Source: a cyanobacterium endosymbiont of Rhopalodia gibba
GTDB taxonomy: Bacteria; Cyanobacteriota; Cyanobacteriia; Cyanobacteriales; Microcystaceae
Assembly: GCA_045159875.1 (NCBI GenBank)
Contig: CP067995.1
Location: 320,001-384,000 of the forward strand
Length of the DNA stretch: 64,000 nt
Direction: 5' to 3'
Within the stretch, counting starts at the first letter, position 1. Each line of letters starts with the position of its first letter. Positions 11,620 to 23,139 of the stretch are shown here, one piece after another. A program made the position numbers and the translations under genes. The notes below the pieces were generated by a model. That model was not told the DNA's origin, searched no databases, and saw only the letters and a program-made list of their open reading frames with translations.

Positions 11620-11815
11620 TAAATAATCTTTCGTTCTCCTAAAGAAAATTTGTTACAGAAAAATTAGTTTTTAATGCTAATCTGCGAGAATCTTCTCAAC
11701 AGGTTACCTATAGTCTTCGACTTGAAAAATACCAGTAAAATTTTCCCATAAAAAGCTTATCATCAGACAAAGACCTTTGGAAATAACTTGAATATAGTAA
11801 AAAAAAATAAAATTA
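11620..11815 (+). pseudogene. Remnant of a small conserved cyanobacterial protein (LVFNANLQEFAQRVSY type)
   Basis: LVFNANLRESSQQVTY...KAYHQ / DLWK*LEYSKKK resembles the recalled consensus LVFNANLQEFAQRVSY...EAYQQIKQLWKQLKRSK; frameshifted. Confidence 0.65.
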
Positions 11816-11862
11816 TGGACTATTGTTCATAATAGAGGGAATCTAGACGGTCATAATGATAA

Positions 11863-11879
11863 GGTGGGCAATGCCCACC
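11863..11879. repeat. Cyanobacterial REP-like palindrome just 3' of ndhB (possible terminator/stability hairpin)
   Basis: GGTGGGC-AAT-GCCCACC, 17 nt downstream of the ndhB stop. Confidence 0.75.
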
Positions 11880-11896
11880 CCACCTGCTACCGGCAA

Positions 11897-13462
11897 TTAT
11901 TGGTGAGTTAAATTTGATGTAGTTTCAGGTTGAAAGATTTGGTTATGGATAGTGAACGATTGTAAAATTGGGGTGCTAGCCACCGAATTATCAATCAAAG
12001 TTAACAAAGGATTCGCTAAGATTCCAGCCAAAGAAGTGGCAATCATACTTAAAACTAACCCTACTTGTAGGGGACGCATCCCTGATAAATTCCAGCAGAT
12101 TTTGGGATAATTTTTTACGGCATCGGACATTTCTTGAGGTTCTTTCACCACCATCATTTTCACCACGCGAATGTAGTAATAGATAGAAATTACACTAGCA
12201 ACTAAAGCGAGGATAACTAACCCATAAAGTTCCGCTTGCCAACCTGCCCAGAAAATGTAAATTTTTCCAAAAAAGCCAGCTAACGGAGGAATTCCACCTA
12301 AGGAAAGTAAACAAATACTTAACCCTAAAGTTAGTAAGGGATCTTTTTGATAAAGCCCGGCATATTCGCTAATTTTATCAGTTCCAGTTCGTAGGGAAAA
12401 GAGAATAACTCCCGTAAATGCCCCCAAGTTCATGAATAGATAAACTAGCAAATAGAACAGCATGCTAGAGTATCCTTTATCCGTACCTGACACTAAGCCA
12501 ATCATGATAAAACCTGCTTGGCCAATGGAAGAATAAGCTAACATCCGCTTCATACTGGTTTGGGTTAAAGCTACCATATTTCCCAGTAACATACTAAGGA
12601 TAGCTAAGGCAGTAAAGATCAAATGCCATTGTTCTTCAACCACAGCAAAAGTAGTCACTAATAGACGAATCGCAAGGGCAAATCCTGCGGCTTTAGAACC
12701 TACAGAAAGAAAGGCGACAACGGGAGTGGGAGAACCTTCATAAACATCGGGAGTCCATTGATGAAAAGGAACGGCAGAAATTTTAAAGGCAATTCCGGCA
12801 ATGACGAAGACTAAAGCAATGATTATCCCTAAAGACTGTTCTCCGCTGACATTGGTAATGTTAGTAGCAATCGCATTGAGGTTAGTTTCTCCTCCGGATA
12901 AACCATAAAGAAGAGAAAGCCCATACAGAAAAATAGCTGAACTAGAAGCCCCAATTAAAAAGTATTTCAAAGCGGCTTCATTGGAACGAGGGTCTCGTTT
13001 CATGTACCCGGCCATTACATAAGAGGAGATACTTAACATTTCTAGGGAAATAAAAATCATCACCAACTCATTAGCCCCACATAAAAACATTCCTCCTAGG
13101 GTAGAGGTTAACATGATGACGATAAATTCAGCCAAAGATGTCTTTGTTTGTTCTACGTAACGAACTGACATCAGAACAGTTACTAAAGTAGACAGGGCAA
13201 TAATAGCCCGAAAAACAATACTGAGGTTATCTCCGTTAAATGACCCTAAAAAACTTATGGGAGTAGCAGTGTCCCAAACCAAACAAAGGGTGATAAGCGA
13301 AGTAAATAACCCAACCATGGCAGCATATGGTAGCCAGGTCCTCGAACTACGACCAAAAATGAGATCTCCTACTAAAATAAAGAGGAGAGTAATGATAACA
13401 ATTCCTTCTGGCAGAATTGTTTCGGCATTAAGTTGACTGGCAATGTTACTAGAAAAATCCAT
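11897..13462 (-). CDS. ndhB: NAD(P)H-quinone oxidoreductase subunit 2 (N)
   Basis: [43 protein letters not shown] at 13462 (MDFSS) preferred. Confidence 0.97.
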   Translation of the reverse strand: MDFSSNIASQLNAETILPEGIVIITLLFILVGDLIFGRSSRTWLPYAAMVGLFTSLITLCLVWDTATPISFLGSFNGDNLSIVFRAIIALSTLVTVLMSVRYVEQTKTSLAEFIVIMLTSTLGGMFLCGANELVMIFISLEMLSISSYVMAGYMKRDPRSNEAALKYFLIGASSSAIFLYGLSLLYGLSGGETNLNAIATNITNVSGEQSLGIIIALVFVIAGIAFKISAVPFHQWTPDVYEGSPTPVVAFLSVGSKAAGFALAIRLLVTTFAVVEEQWHLIFTALAILSMLLGNMVALTQTSMKRMLAYSSIGQAGFIMIGLVSGTDKGYSSMLFYLLVYLFMNLGAFTGVILFSLRTGTDKISEYAGLYQKDPLLTLGLSICLLSLGGIPPLAGFFGKIYIFWAGWQAELYGLVILALVASVISIYYYIRVVKMMVVKEPQEMSDAVKNYPKICWNLSGMRPLQVGLVLSMIATSLAGILANPLLTLIDNSVASTPILQSFTIHNQIFQPETTSNLTHQ

Positions 13463-15241
13463 AGATTTATGGTGAGAAAAAAACACCTAAGAGTTAGGCT
13501 TAAGGAACTATCCGGCCATTCGCTCCGGCCTCATCCCTTTGGATCATAATGGACAGAGGGAATTTCGGGCTAGTCTTTAAGGTTGCGTTCACCTTCAGTG
13601 CGCCTTGAGAGATCGCACTTTTGCGTAAATCTTGAACTGATGTGCTATTATTTCTGATTTTTAATCAAAAATAAAATAATGGTAACGCCATTACATTCAA
13701 GTGATTTACCGAAAATTTTTAATTCAGTCGTTTTACAATTTTACTCTCCTAGATTGAGGGTAATATAGTTAATGAGAAAAATGCCCGGTTAATCAAACTT
13801 TTCTTCTAAGATTATCAAAGTTAGTTTAGCTATAAGCTTGTCTTATAATTAACTTAATCTTCTGATTTATCTTTCCTAGTATTCATTGGGATAGCAAATA
13901 TTAAAAATAAGCTATAATTTTGGTAATTAATTTACTTAAATATCTCAATAACTCTTTAAAAAATATTAATAATATATTTCTGTCTATTGTCAATATTTAT
14001 TGTGCAATATTCTAGACTAGAAATACATTCTATACCCTACTTTTTGTCGAAAAACTTCTTTTAGAAAGTTATTTTTTTTATTTGTCAATATATTTTTATC
14101 TTACCAAGGTAAATATTAGTCTTGGTTCCACTTATAACCTTTTATATTTTTTATATTATAAGTCTTTCTCCTGATAATTTTAAAAACTTTATTTAGCTGG
14201 ATGAGACTTCATTAATCTATTCCATAATAGAAAAATTTTTTTTATAAAAAAAAAGCATAAGTATTAAAAAGTATTTATTTATTAAAAATTAATAAATAAA
14301 ATCAACGTAAATAATTTTATATAATTTGCTAGTTTTTCACTCAAATTTTATAAATAAATCGAATCTTTCTTTCTTGAACAAGATGAGTAAGTTGATTAAC
14401 TTATAACTTTTTTATTTTCTGAGATTTTAAATAAATTCGATACTATCTTTTCAAGCAGTGTCTTTAGCATTAGTTTCTAAGACTACCCAAATTATTTTTA
14501 AGGCTAGTTATTCTATATACAATATTCTTTTTTTTAAAAAAATGGTTATTTACTGAACGCTTTATGGTATTGAGTATATCTAAACTAACAGCTATTTATT
14601 TAAAAAATACTTAGTAATTACTTAAGAGAATATCTCTCACTCTATACGAGCAATTGAAATTAACTTCATTGGTGAAACTATTGAGTGCTATTAAGATCAA
14701 TTTTTAACTGTTAAAATGATAATTAGCCACTTTTATACTTTCAATGTCAATAAAATTAAGTAATAAATTAGATTGCATATTAAATAAAAAAAAATTTATT
14801 TAATTTTTACTATTTTAGATAAAAAAATAACTTTTACTTATCTATAAATAGAAGCATTTAATGCATTAATATACGACAAACAATTGAAACTTACATTATT
14901 GTCTTCTGCTATACTACACTTAATTCAGAAAAAAATTTTTTTTTTACTATACAGTAAAGTTTTCAATTAAGTTTAATTAAATCTTCAGAGTTATAGAATA
15001 CAGTCAGAATAAAGACTTGGAAGTTTATTGCCTCCTGATTTTTTATGCTTAGTCTAGAATAGCTATTACCATTATAATTAATACTTTTAATATCAAATAC
15101 TTCAAATAGTAGAGATGAAGTATTTGATATTAAACATTCACTCTGTACACTAGATTTATCAGATAACAATTAAAAATCATAAGCTAACAGTCGTAGGTAA
15201 TGAGTTATCCTGAATAAAGTAAGGTTACGAAAAACGAAAGT

Positions 15242-16294
15242 GTGATGGACAGAGTTCTGGTTGGTTTGTCAGGGGGTGTTGATAGTTCTGTTGCGGCTGC
15301 TAGTCTTCAGCATCAAGGTTATGAAGTTATTGGGCTAACCCTATGGTTAATGAAAGGAAAAGGACAATGTTGTTCAGAGGGAATGGTGGATGCAGCTTTG
15401 ATTTGCGAACAGTTGAGTATTCCCCACCATATTGTTGATAGTCGTGACGTATTTCAAGCTAATATTGTTGATTATTTAGTATCAGGTTATGAGTCAGGGA
15501 TAACGCCTCTTCCCTGTTCCCAATGTAATAAGTTGGTCAAATTTGGACCAATGTTAGAGTATGCCAAACAGAAATTAGAGTGTAATCGCATCGCCACGGG
15601 TCATTATGCACGTATTCGCTACGATGAAATTAATCAACGTTATCAATTATTACGAGCAGTTGATTGTAATAAAGATCAGTCTTATTTTCTCTATGATCTT
15701 TCCCAAGAAATGTTAGCGGGAACTCTTTTTCCTTTGGGAAATCAAACCAAGGAAGAAACCAGAAAGATTGCTAATGAATTCAATTTGAAAACCGCAAGTA
15801 AATCTGAAAGTCAGGATTTATGTTTAATTGAGACTTATGGATCTATGAAAACTTTTCTAGATCAACATATTACTCAAAAAGAGGGAGATATTGTTAGTCT
15901 CGACGGCAAAGTATTAGGAAAACATCAAGGAGTTCATCACTATACTGTTGGACAACGTAAGGGCTTAGGAATTGCGGCAGCTGAGCCATTATATGTCATA
16001 AAACTCGATCCCGTAATGAATCGAGTTATTGTTGCTAATCGTGGACAGGCAGGAGCTTCTGGCTGTACTGTAAATAGAATGAATTGGATTTCAATTCCCG
16101 AACCTTCTTCTCCTATTCAGGTAGAAACTCAAATTCGCTATCGTTCTTCTGCAGTTCCAGTTGATGTTATTCCATTGGATAATCATCGTATTAAATTAGC
16201 TTTTTATGATCATCAATTTGGGATTACTCCAGGTCAAGCCGCAGTTTTATATGATGGAGAAATTGTATTAGGAGGTGGTATTATTGAAAGATGA
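15242..16294 (+). CDS. mnmA: tRNA 2-thiouridylase
   Basis: [36 protein letters not shown]. Confidence 0.97.
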   Translation: MMDRVLVGLSGGVDSSVAAASLQHQGYEVIGLTLWLMKGKGQCCSEGMVDAALICEQLSIPHHIVDSRDVFQANIVDYLVSGYESGITPLPCSQCNKLVKFGPMLEYAKQKLECNRIATGHYARIRYDEINQRYQLLRAVDCNKDQSYFLYDLSQEMLAGTLFPLGNQTKEETRKIANEFNLKTASKSESQDLCLIETYGSMKTFLDQHITQKEGDIVSLDGKVLGKHQGVHHYTVGQRKGLGIAAAEPLYVIKLDPVMNRVIVANRGQAGASGCTVNRMNWISIPEPSSPIQVETQIRYRSSAVPVDVIPLDNHRIKLAFYDHQFGITPGQAAVLYDGEIVLGGGIIER

Positions 16295-17670
16295 AAGTTT
16301 ATTTTTGTATTAACAGTGTATTAGAAATAAGGTTAAATGTCATCTATCGAAGAGGGTTAAAACTAATTTTGAGTATTCTCCAAACATAAGGATGTGTGGT
16401 GTTATTTTTTACGAACTAATCAGTATTAATATTTAAGTAGTACCTTAAATCTAGCTAAATATTTGTTTTTACATCTTTTTTTAAAGACAACTGTTCAGCC
16501 TATGGGAGTTTTTAAGTATACAGAGTGATTTTACTGATATCCCTAGAAAAGGAAGATCGCAAGATTTAGATTAATAGATGCGAAAAGGTACTTTGAACCA
16601 ACCTTCTTAAGGGTTTTAGATAGTAATTAACTTCAATTATTCTAGCTTTTCTAGACTAGCTATGACAACATCATAACAAACAAAAACTTAATCTTGATAA
16701 GAATCGAGTTTATGGAATTTATAGAATTTAATCAAAATAAAAATTCTGAAACTTATTAGCTATTAATTTAGTATACGTTAGTCTAAAAGATCCCTTATTT
16801 TTTTGTTAATTTTCTTAAAAAAAAACTTAACTGATGCTTGTTTAAGCAACACTTAAAGAATAAATTCTCTATGGTTAGTAAGATTAGCAAAAAAGTTACG
16901 GAAAATTGCAGAATAATAAAGAAAAATACAATTTTTTACGTCAGGTTTAATGTCGCTTTTAGCATTATTGGGCTTATTAGTTTTCAAATTTTATTAACTT
17001 AAGCTAGTACGGTCAATGTAGTCGGTGCTGGTACGGTAAGTTTGACGACTAATAAACCCAATAAGTCTCTGCTATTAGTTGAACAGTAATTATATAAACA
17101 GAAAATACACTTAACAATCAGCAAGTTACTTGTGAACAATCAATCGGAAATAATATTTTTGATCTAAACTCTTGTCGAAATCAATTAGAATGTATTAGTA
17201 TAAAATTAAGTAGATAAATTTCAATAAGTGTCAAATATAAAAGTAGTTAAAATAGATTAATTAATAGATGTTAGTTTACTTAAAAAGTAAGCCTACTTAT
17301 TATTATAAAAATAATAAATGGATTAGAAATCTTTCCATTTTCCTGGCTATTGTTTATTTAAAAAGCCGCTTTCTTAGACTTTTTTTAAAAATTTTATGTC
17401 TTTTTAAGAGACTATAAACTCAATATTTCAAAAATATATTGACCGTTCCCTTTTATATAGTAGTCTTAAGAAAGATTAAGATATTACCCTAACCTAGGTA
17501 ATGTTCACTCTACAAAGCTTTGATAAGCCTATCAATGTTCTTAACACAATACAGATTGTACGTTACGCTATGCTACAGTTTATCTGTGTTGGACGCCAAA
17601 AAGCATTAATTACTTTTTTTATATTCTTAGCTAGAACGCATTTAACAATAAATTTTAGCTCACCTCTTAT

Positions 17671-17991
17671 TTATTCTGGGGTTGCTGATTCAAGAAGAAA
17701 ATACTCACCATTTTTCTTGAAAACAAGAATGCGATCACCTCGATCAATTGATGTCCCTGGATGATGAAATCTCAATTTTGTATTATCCTCAAGCTTTACA
17801 AATAAAACACTGCCATAAGGACCTGAAATAATTCCAACAATGGTTCCTGATTGATAGGCACTATTGTACCCTAAATTTTGACTAGCAGCTCTCTCTTCTA
17901 AATTTGATTGGCGAACAGTTTGAGCATTAGCTATAGTAATCACACAAACCAGAGCCATCATGCTCATCAATATATTAAAAATTCTCTTCAT
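17671..17991 (-). CDS. Small secreted hypothetical protein (106 aa)
   Basis: MKRIFNILMSMMALVCVITIANA|Q signal peptide-like N-terminus, GAGGG RBS upstream of ATG 17991, uninterrupted ORF next to decayed DNA. Confidence 0.7.
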   Translation of the reverse strand: MKRIFNILMSMMALVCVITIANAQTVRQSNLEERAASQNLGYNSAYQSGTIVGIISGPYGSVLFVKLEDNTKLRFHHPGTSIDRGDRILVFKKNGEYFLLESATPE

Positions 17992-18181
17992 GGTAATTCC
18001 CTCTAAATAGGAGAAACGCCCCTTTGCTTCTCTTTCTTCAACTTTAGAAGGATTTTTTATCTCATACCATAAAGATAAAATTATAACTACCAAATATGAC
18101 AATAAACAACAACTGTAAAAAAATAGTTGTTAAAAAAATTTAAATTAATAGAGATTAGTTTGAATCTCAATCAAACAACTA

Positions 18182-19048
18182 TTAATTATTAACTATTTTA
18201 GACATCCATTGACGAGTTCCAAAATACTGACAAGCAATGGAGGCAACTTGAGAAGCTTTTGCTATAGAATCCTTGAAATTATGTTTTAGAATAAAATGAC
18301 AAAAAGCTCCATGAAAAATGTCTCCAGCTCCTAATGTATCAACAGCTTTTATTCTTGAAACTTCAACATTTCCCGACTCTTCTTTAGTCCAATATTGAAC
18401 TGGATCTGCTCCTTTAGTAATAGCAATATGAGGAATTCTAATACCTTTCAAATAATGAAATACATCGATAGAATTAAAACAATTAGGGGGATAAAAATTT
18501 TCAGAGCAAATTGCATAATCTACGTAAGGAAGAACCTTGGTTAATCCAGGTTTCCAGCTTCCTCCATCCAAAATAACGGGAATCTTTAAGCGTTGCGCTT
18601 CTTTGGCAATTATGATACTTGTAGGTATTTGATGCCCATCTACTAGAATAATATCAACATCCTGTAATTTTTTTAAAAAAAGTCCATTATTGACAATTGC
18701 TTTAGATTTGGTAGCATTTATTGAAACAACAGCTCGTTCTCCTGTCGTTTTATTAACAATAATTGAAGAAGTAGATAAAGCTTTTTGTTGATAAGGATTT
18801 AAATCAAAAATATTGATTGAATAATCCTTTAATTCAGCATAGATTAATTGACTAATGGGATGATTCCCAATCACACTTAATAAGGTTGCTTGATTACCAA
18901 AATATCTAAAAGTGATAGCCGCATTCGTTGCCGGTCCACCCGCAGAAATTGTTTCATCAATGGCTACAATTTTCTCATTACTGTGGGGAAAGTGATCGGT
19001 AAGATAGATTAAGTCTAGCGTTGTTAAACCGATAAATAATCCATTCAT
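18182..19048 (-). CDS. PfkB-family sugar kinase
   Basis: AGGPATNAA and DTLGAGDIFHGAF PfkB signatures. Confidence 0.92.
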   Translation of the reverse strand: MNGLFIGLTTLDLIYLTDHFPHSNEKIVAIDETISAGGPATNAAITFRYFGNQATLLSVIGNHPISQLIYAELKDYSINIFDLNPYQQKALSTSSIIVNKTTGERAVVSINATKSKAIVNNGLFLKKLQDVDIILVDGHQIPTSIIIAKEAQRLKIPVILDGGSWKPGLTKVLPYVDYAICSENFYPPNCFNSIDVFHYLKGIRIPHIAITKGADPVQYWTKEESGNVEVSRIKAVDTLGAGDIFHGAFCHFILKHNFKDSIAKASQVASIACQYFGTRQWMSKIVNN

Positions 19049-19059
19049 GAGTCGTAAAA

Positions 19060-19923
19060 ATGAGCAATGAAATCATACAAACAGGAACCCTTTATGTTGT
19101 CGGAACTCCCATCGGCAATTTGGAAGATATGACTCTAAGGGCGATCCGTATTCTAAAATCAGTAAATTTGATCGCCGCAGAAGATACCCGTCACACGGGA
19201 AAACTTCTACATTACTTCCAAGTTAACACTCCTCAGATAAGTTATCATCAACATAATCGATTGTCTCGTCAAGATGAGTTAATTAGCTATCTACAATGCG
19301 GAAAAACTATTGCTTTAGTCACTGATGCAGGAATGCCAGGTATTTCTGATCCAGGGTATGAATTAATTAAAGCTTGTATTGATAAAAATATCGCTACTAT
19401 TCCGATTTCTGGAGCAAATGCTGCCATCATAGCCCTATCTGTTTCGGGTCTACCTACGGATCGTTTTGTTTTTGAAGGGTTTCTTTCCACGAAAAGCAAA
19501 ATTAGGGGTGAGCGTTTAACGTTTTTAAAAACGGAAACTCGTACCCTGATTTTTTACGAGTCCCCCCATCGTCTATTACAAACTTTAACCGATTTAGGGG
19601 CAGTTTTTGGAGAAAATCGTTTAATCACAGTAGCTAGAGAATTAACGAAATTATATGAGGAACTATGGCGAGGAACCCTAGGAGAAGCAATCAATCGTTT
19701 TCGAGATTCACGACACCTCAAAGGAGAATTTACTCTGATTATAGCAGGGTGTCAGGCAGACTTTAAATTAAGATTAACAGAAGAACAATTAAAGAAAGAG
19801 TTAAGACAATTGTTGGACGTAGGAATGACGCGATCACAAGCGAGTCGTCATCTGGCAGAATTAACCTCTTTTAACCGTCATAAAATTTATGAGTTATCTT
19901 TAGAGATTAATAATCATAGTTAA
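19060..19923 (+). CDS. rsmI: 16S rRNA C1402 2'-O-methyltransferase
   Basis: LYVVGTPIGNLEDM, AEDTR, DAGMPGISDPG, YESPHR, RELTK. Confidence 0.97.
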   Translation: MSNEIIQTGTLYVVGTPIGNLEDMTLRAIRILKSVNLIAAEDTRHTGKLLHYFQVNTPQISYHQHNRLSRQDELISYLQCGKTIALVTDAGMPGISDPGYELIKACIDKNIATIPISGANAAIIALSVSGLPTDRFVFEGFLSTKSKIRGERLTFLKTETRTLIFYESPHRLLQTLTDLGAVFGENRLITVARELTKLYEELWRGTLGEAINRFRDSRHLKGEFTLIIAGCQADFKLRLTEEQLKKELRQLLDVGMTRSQASRHLAELTSFNRHKIYELSLEINNHS

Positions 19924-20002
19924 TATTAAAATATTCTAAATAATAGATATTACTTATTTAGAAAAATTATTATTTTTAGTTTTAAACTTTGAAGTATTTA
20001 TA

Positions 20003-20455
20003 ATGACGCTTTTCATGTATCAAGCTGGTTTATTTCGATAATTTACAGTCTTAATAACTTGGTAAATTTTTTGAGACTATGGAGAAGCCTATGCTAAAGT
20101 TTAAAAATTAACTGGCAGTTTTAATTAGTAATTGTCTATGAATATTGCCAGAAAAGGAATAGTAAGACCTGCGGAGGGAAAAACACCCACAACAGAGGAC
20201 AACTAGACAACTTTTCCAGAGTTGATTGCGCAAATTTAAGATACAATTACTGATCTCACCACCTTTACCCCTAAACAGATTGACTATACAAAAAATAAAT
20301 ATATTGATCTATTGGGGAAAAACTTTGACTTTTAATGAGCAATAATTTTCTCTTCACTTTATTATGCCTAATATTTACTTTCACATTATAATCGCTTATT
20401 ATATTTTTCTTCATTGCGGTATATAAATTGGTAAACGTGATTATCTCAGTTACTC
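20003..20455 (+). pseudogene. DUF1993-family pseudogene
   Basis: MTLFMYQA...TTFPELIAQI*DTITDLTTFTPKQID...HFIMPNIYFHIIIAYYIFLHCGI*IGKRDYL matches the PNFYFHxTTAYxILRHxGVxIGKRDYL family pattern. Confidence 0.82.
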
Positions 20456-20864
20456 TCAGAATTTGTAATAATTATGGTAGTGCGGGCATTATTCATTTAG
20501 TTTAAGGTAAAGATTTAGTTTTTTAAGTAAAAAGTAAATCTTTGTTCGAATATTATTTGATGATAATTAAAGATACAATTTTTTTTAAAAAAAAGTAGGA
20601 TAAGATTTATTGGCTTCTCCTATATATTTATTTATGGTGAACTCGATTAGTCAATAGCTATCTTTTAATTGGTAAATTAATATTATAAATTGAGTTTTCA
20701 ATCACAATAGTTATTAAGTTTAAGATAGTTCTATAACCTTCATAGTTATTCATAGTTATACTTGTACTTCGCAGAAATAATTAAAATTTAAATATTACAG
20801 ATTAGTCGCAAGTAAAAGGCTGATTTTTTCTATCATTTTTTAGGTAATAATGTTATTATTGCCA

Positions 20865-20895
20865 TTTTATTCGATTTTTTAAAAATCGAATAAAA
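20865..20895. repeat. 31-bp palindrome, 15-bp arms, 1-nt spacer
   Basis: TTTTATTCGATTTTT-T-AAAAATCGAATAAAA. Confidence 0.85.
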
Positions 20896-21277
20896 GCTAT
20901 TTATAAGAAAATAAAGTTAGTGCAACTATCCAATTTTAAATAAACAGGTTAAGTTATCATTCAATAATAAAAAAATTGGAGATAGTTAGGAGATAAAATA
21001 GATTACATTATCCATCGGACTCTTCTTTGGTATTTAAGATTTAATACATATATTTTTTTAAAAAAATTAAGGAATAATACTAAAAATTTTATTTTTTTTC
21101 CCATAATAGTAATTTGACAAAACTTGTAAACAATAATAGAATTTAGTAATATAAACTAAGTTAATTTTAAAAATTACTGCTTTTAAATTAAAGAGTTTAG
21201 TTGTCTTTTAAAATTAATCTTTATGGTTAACTACCTCAATGTTAATTCTTAACTCCCAAAAATCACTAGAAATCGTG

Positions 21278-21315
21278 TATAATGACTATTTTGGAGTAAA
21301 TGTGCATTTTAGGAG
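21278..21315 (+). promoter_or_regulatory. Putative -10 box and RBS of rpsD
   Basis: TATAAT at 21278-21283; AGGAG at 21311-21315. Confidence 0.5.
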
Positions 21316-21327
21316 AACATCTGTTCT

Positions 21328-21936
21328 ATGTCTCGTTATAGAGGGCCTCGCTTAAGAGTTGTACGGCGACTAGGAGAACTCCCTGGTTTAAGTCGCAAAA
21401 ACCCCCGTCGTGCTTATCCCCCAGGACAACACGGACAGGCACGTAGAAAGCGTTCAGAATACGCTATTCGTCTCGAGGAAAAACAAAAACTGCGCTTTAA
21501 CTATGGCGTAACAGAAGGTCAGCTAGTACGCTATGTGAAAAAAGCTCGTAAAGCCACAGGTTCTACAGGTCAAAAACTTCTGGAATTGCTAGAAATGCGC
21601 CTTGATAATACAGTGTTTCGCTTAGGGATGGCGGGAACAATTCCAGGAGCCCGTCAGTTAGTCTCTCACGGTCATGTTACCGTTAATGGCCAAGTTGTTG
21701 ATATTGCTAGTTATCAGTGCCGTCCCGGGGAAGTAATCTCAGTTCGTAATCAGGATCGTTCTCGTCGCTTAGTGGCAGCGAATATGGAATACCCTGGTCT
21801 GGCTAACCTTCCAAGTCATTTAGATTTTGATAAAAATACTTTGACAGGAAAAGTTAATGGAATTATTGAACGGGAATGGATAGCTTTACAAATTAATGAA
21901 TTGTTAGTAGTTGAGTATTATTCTCGGAAAGCTTAG
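21328..21936 (+). CDS. rpsD: 30S ribosomal protein S4
   Basis: [30 protein letters not shown]. Confidence 0.99.
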   Translation: MSRYRGPRLRVVRRLGELPGLSRKNPRRAYPPGQHGQARRKRSEYAIRLEEKQKLRFNYGVTEGQLVRYVKKARKATGSTGQKLLELLEMRLDNTVFRLGMAGTIPGARQLVSHGHVTVNGQVVDIASYQCRPGEVISVRNQDRSRRLVAANMEYPGLANLPSHLDFDKNTLTGKVNGIIEREWIALQINELLVVEYYSRKA

Positions 21937-21944
21937 AAAAGTAT

Positions 21945-21974
21945 TGGATAACTTCAATAGTTGTCCAATTTCTT
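21945..21974 (+). terminator. Hairpin after rpsD
   Basis: TTGGATAACT-TCAAT-AGTTGTCCAA followed by TTTCTT. Confidence 0.6.
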
Positions 21975-22399
21975 CATGAACTTCGATTATTTAACTTTAC
22001 TTAAAAATTTTAAGAATAAATATAAAATCTTTGAGTTCTATCAAAGTTTCTCTCCGATAATAAAGTCTTCTTTACACTTATTTACAGGGTTTCAGGAATT
22101 TGATGTGTTTCATGATACAGTGACGGTATAATCGGGGATGTAACTAAATTTCTCAAGAGTACCTTGATGACCTTAGGAATTGTATAGAGTCATTCTCAGA
22201 AACTAGAATAAAACTCAATTACGAGACAATTCGTTTTTATTTAACACTTATTTAACGAAATTAAAAACTTGTGTAGCTCAGGGAAATTAATCCCCCATTT
22301 CATTAACACAATCCCTTTTAAAATCTACTTAGGAATTAAGAGAGTGTAATCACAAATCAATTTTTGTTACTTGGTCAGTTAAAACCTTTTGAACTGACC

Positions 22400-23139
22400 G
22401 TATTTGTGGTGACTCAGACAAAGGAGCAGCTATGATGGTACTTCTTTCGATTAGCCAATGGCTAACTGTCGACACCAGAGCGCTAAGCCACTTTACTATC
22501 CCACAAGAATTTTTGGTTAGTCTTTTTGTGGTTCTTTAACTAAGGTTTAGACAACCTGATAGAAGGAGACAGGTCTCATCGAGCAAAACAATTTTAACTT
22601 CCCGACCATATCCGCATAGGTGAGAGAAGGAGGCAAAATAAGTACTCGAATATTATAGGGAACTAGTTCTTCTCGTAAAGCTTAAGTAAAGCCCGAAAGA
22701 GTGAATTTAGTTTTCGGAGCAGTTGCCATAGTGGAGCGGCAATTTTCCTATTAAACTCGAAAATTTTATTGGGTTATATCATCGAGCTGCAAACTGAATA
22801 ATGTCATGGGTTTCCATTAAACTAATAGCTAATTCATTTTTAACTTGAGATAATCGAGTTATCAAAAAAAATTTTGAGCTCAATCGGTCCATATTTTCAT
22901 CAGGCTTGACTAATAGTTTTGATTCACGGCAGTCAGTCAAGTAAGGTCTAAGAGGAAAATAACACTTTTTACTCCTATCCTTTCAATATCAGCGGCTACT
23001 AGAGCCAATTTTTAGCATTGCGGACTACCAATAATAGACGTCTGAAATCATGGTAAACCAATTCAAGAGCGCTCACTCGTCTAATATTACGGGAAGCCCC
23101 TCTTACTATTACTGCTTTTTCTAAAATTTTCATATTCAA
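22400..23139 (-). pseudogene. Short-chain dehydrogenase/reductase pseudogene
   Basis: KAVIVRGASRNIRRVSALEL...RRLLLVVRN (degenerate TGASRGIG); LREELVPYNIRVLILPPSLTYADMV...PKILVG**SGLALWC; many stops. Confidence 0.82.
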
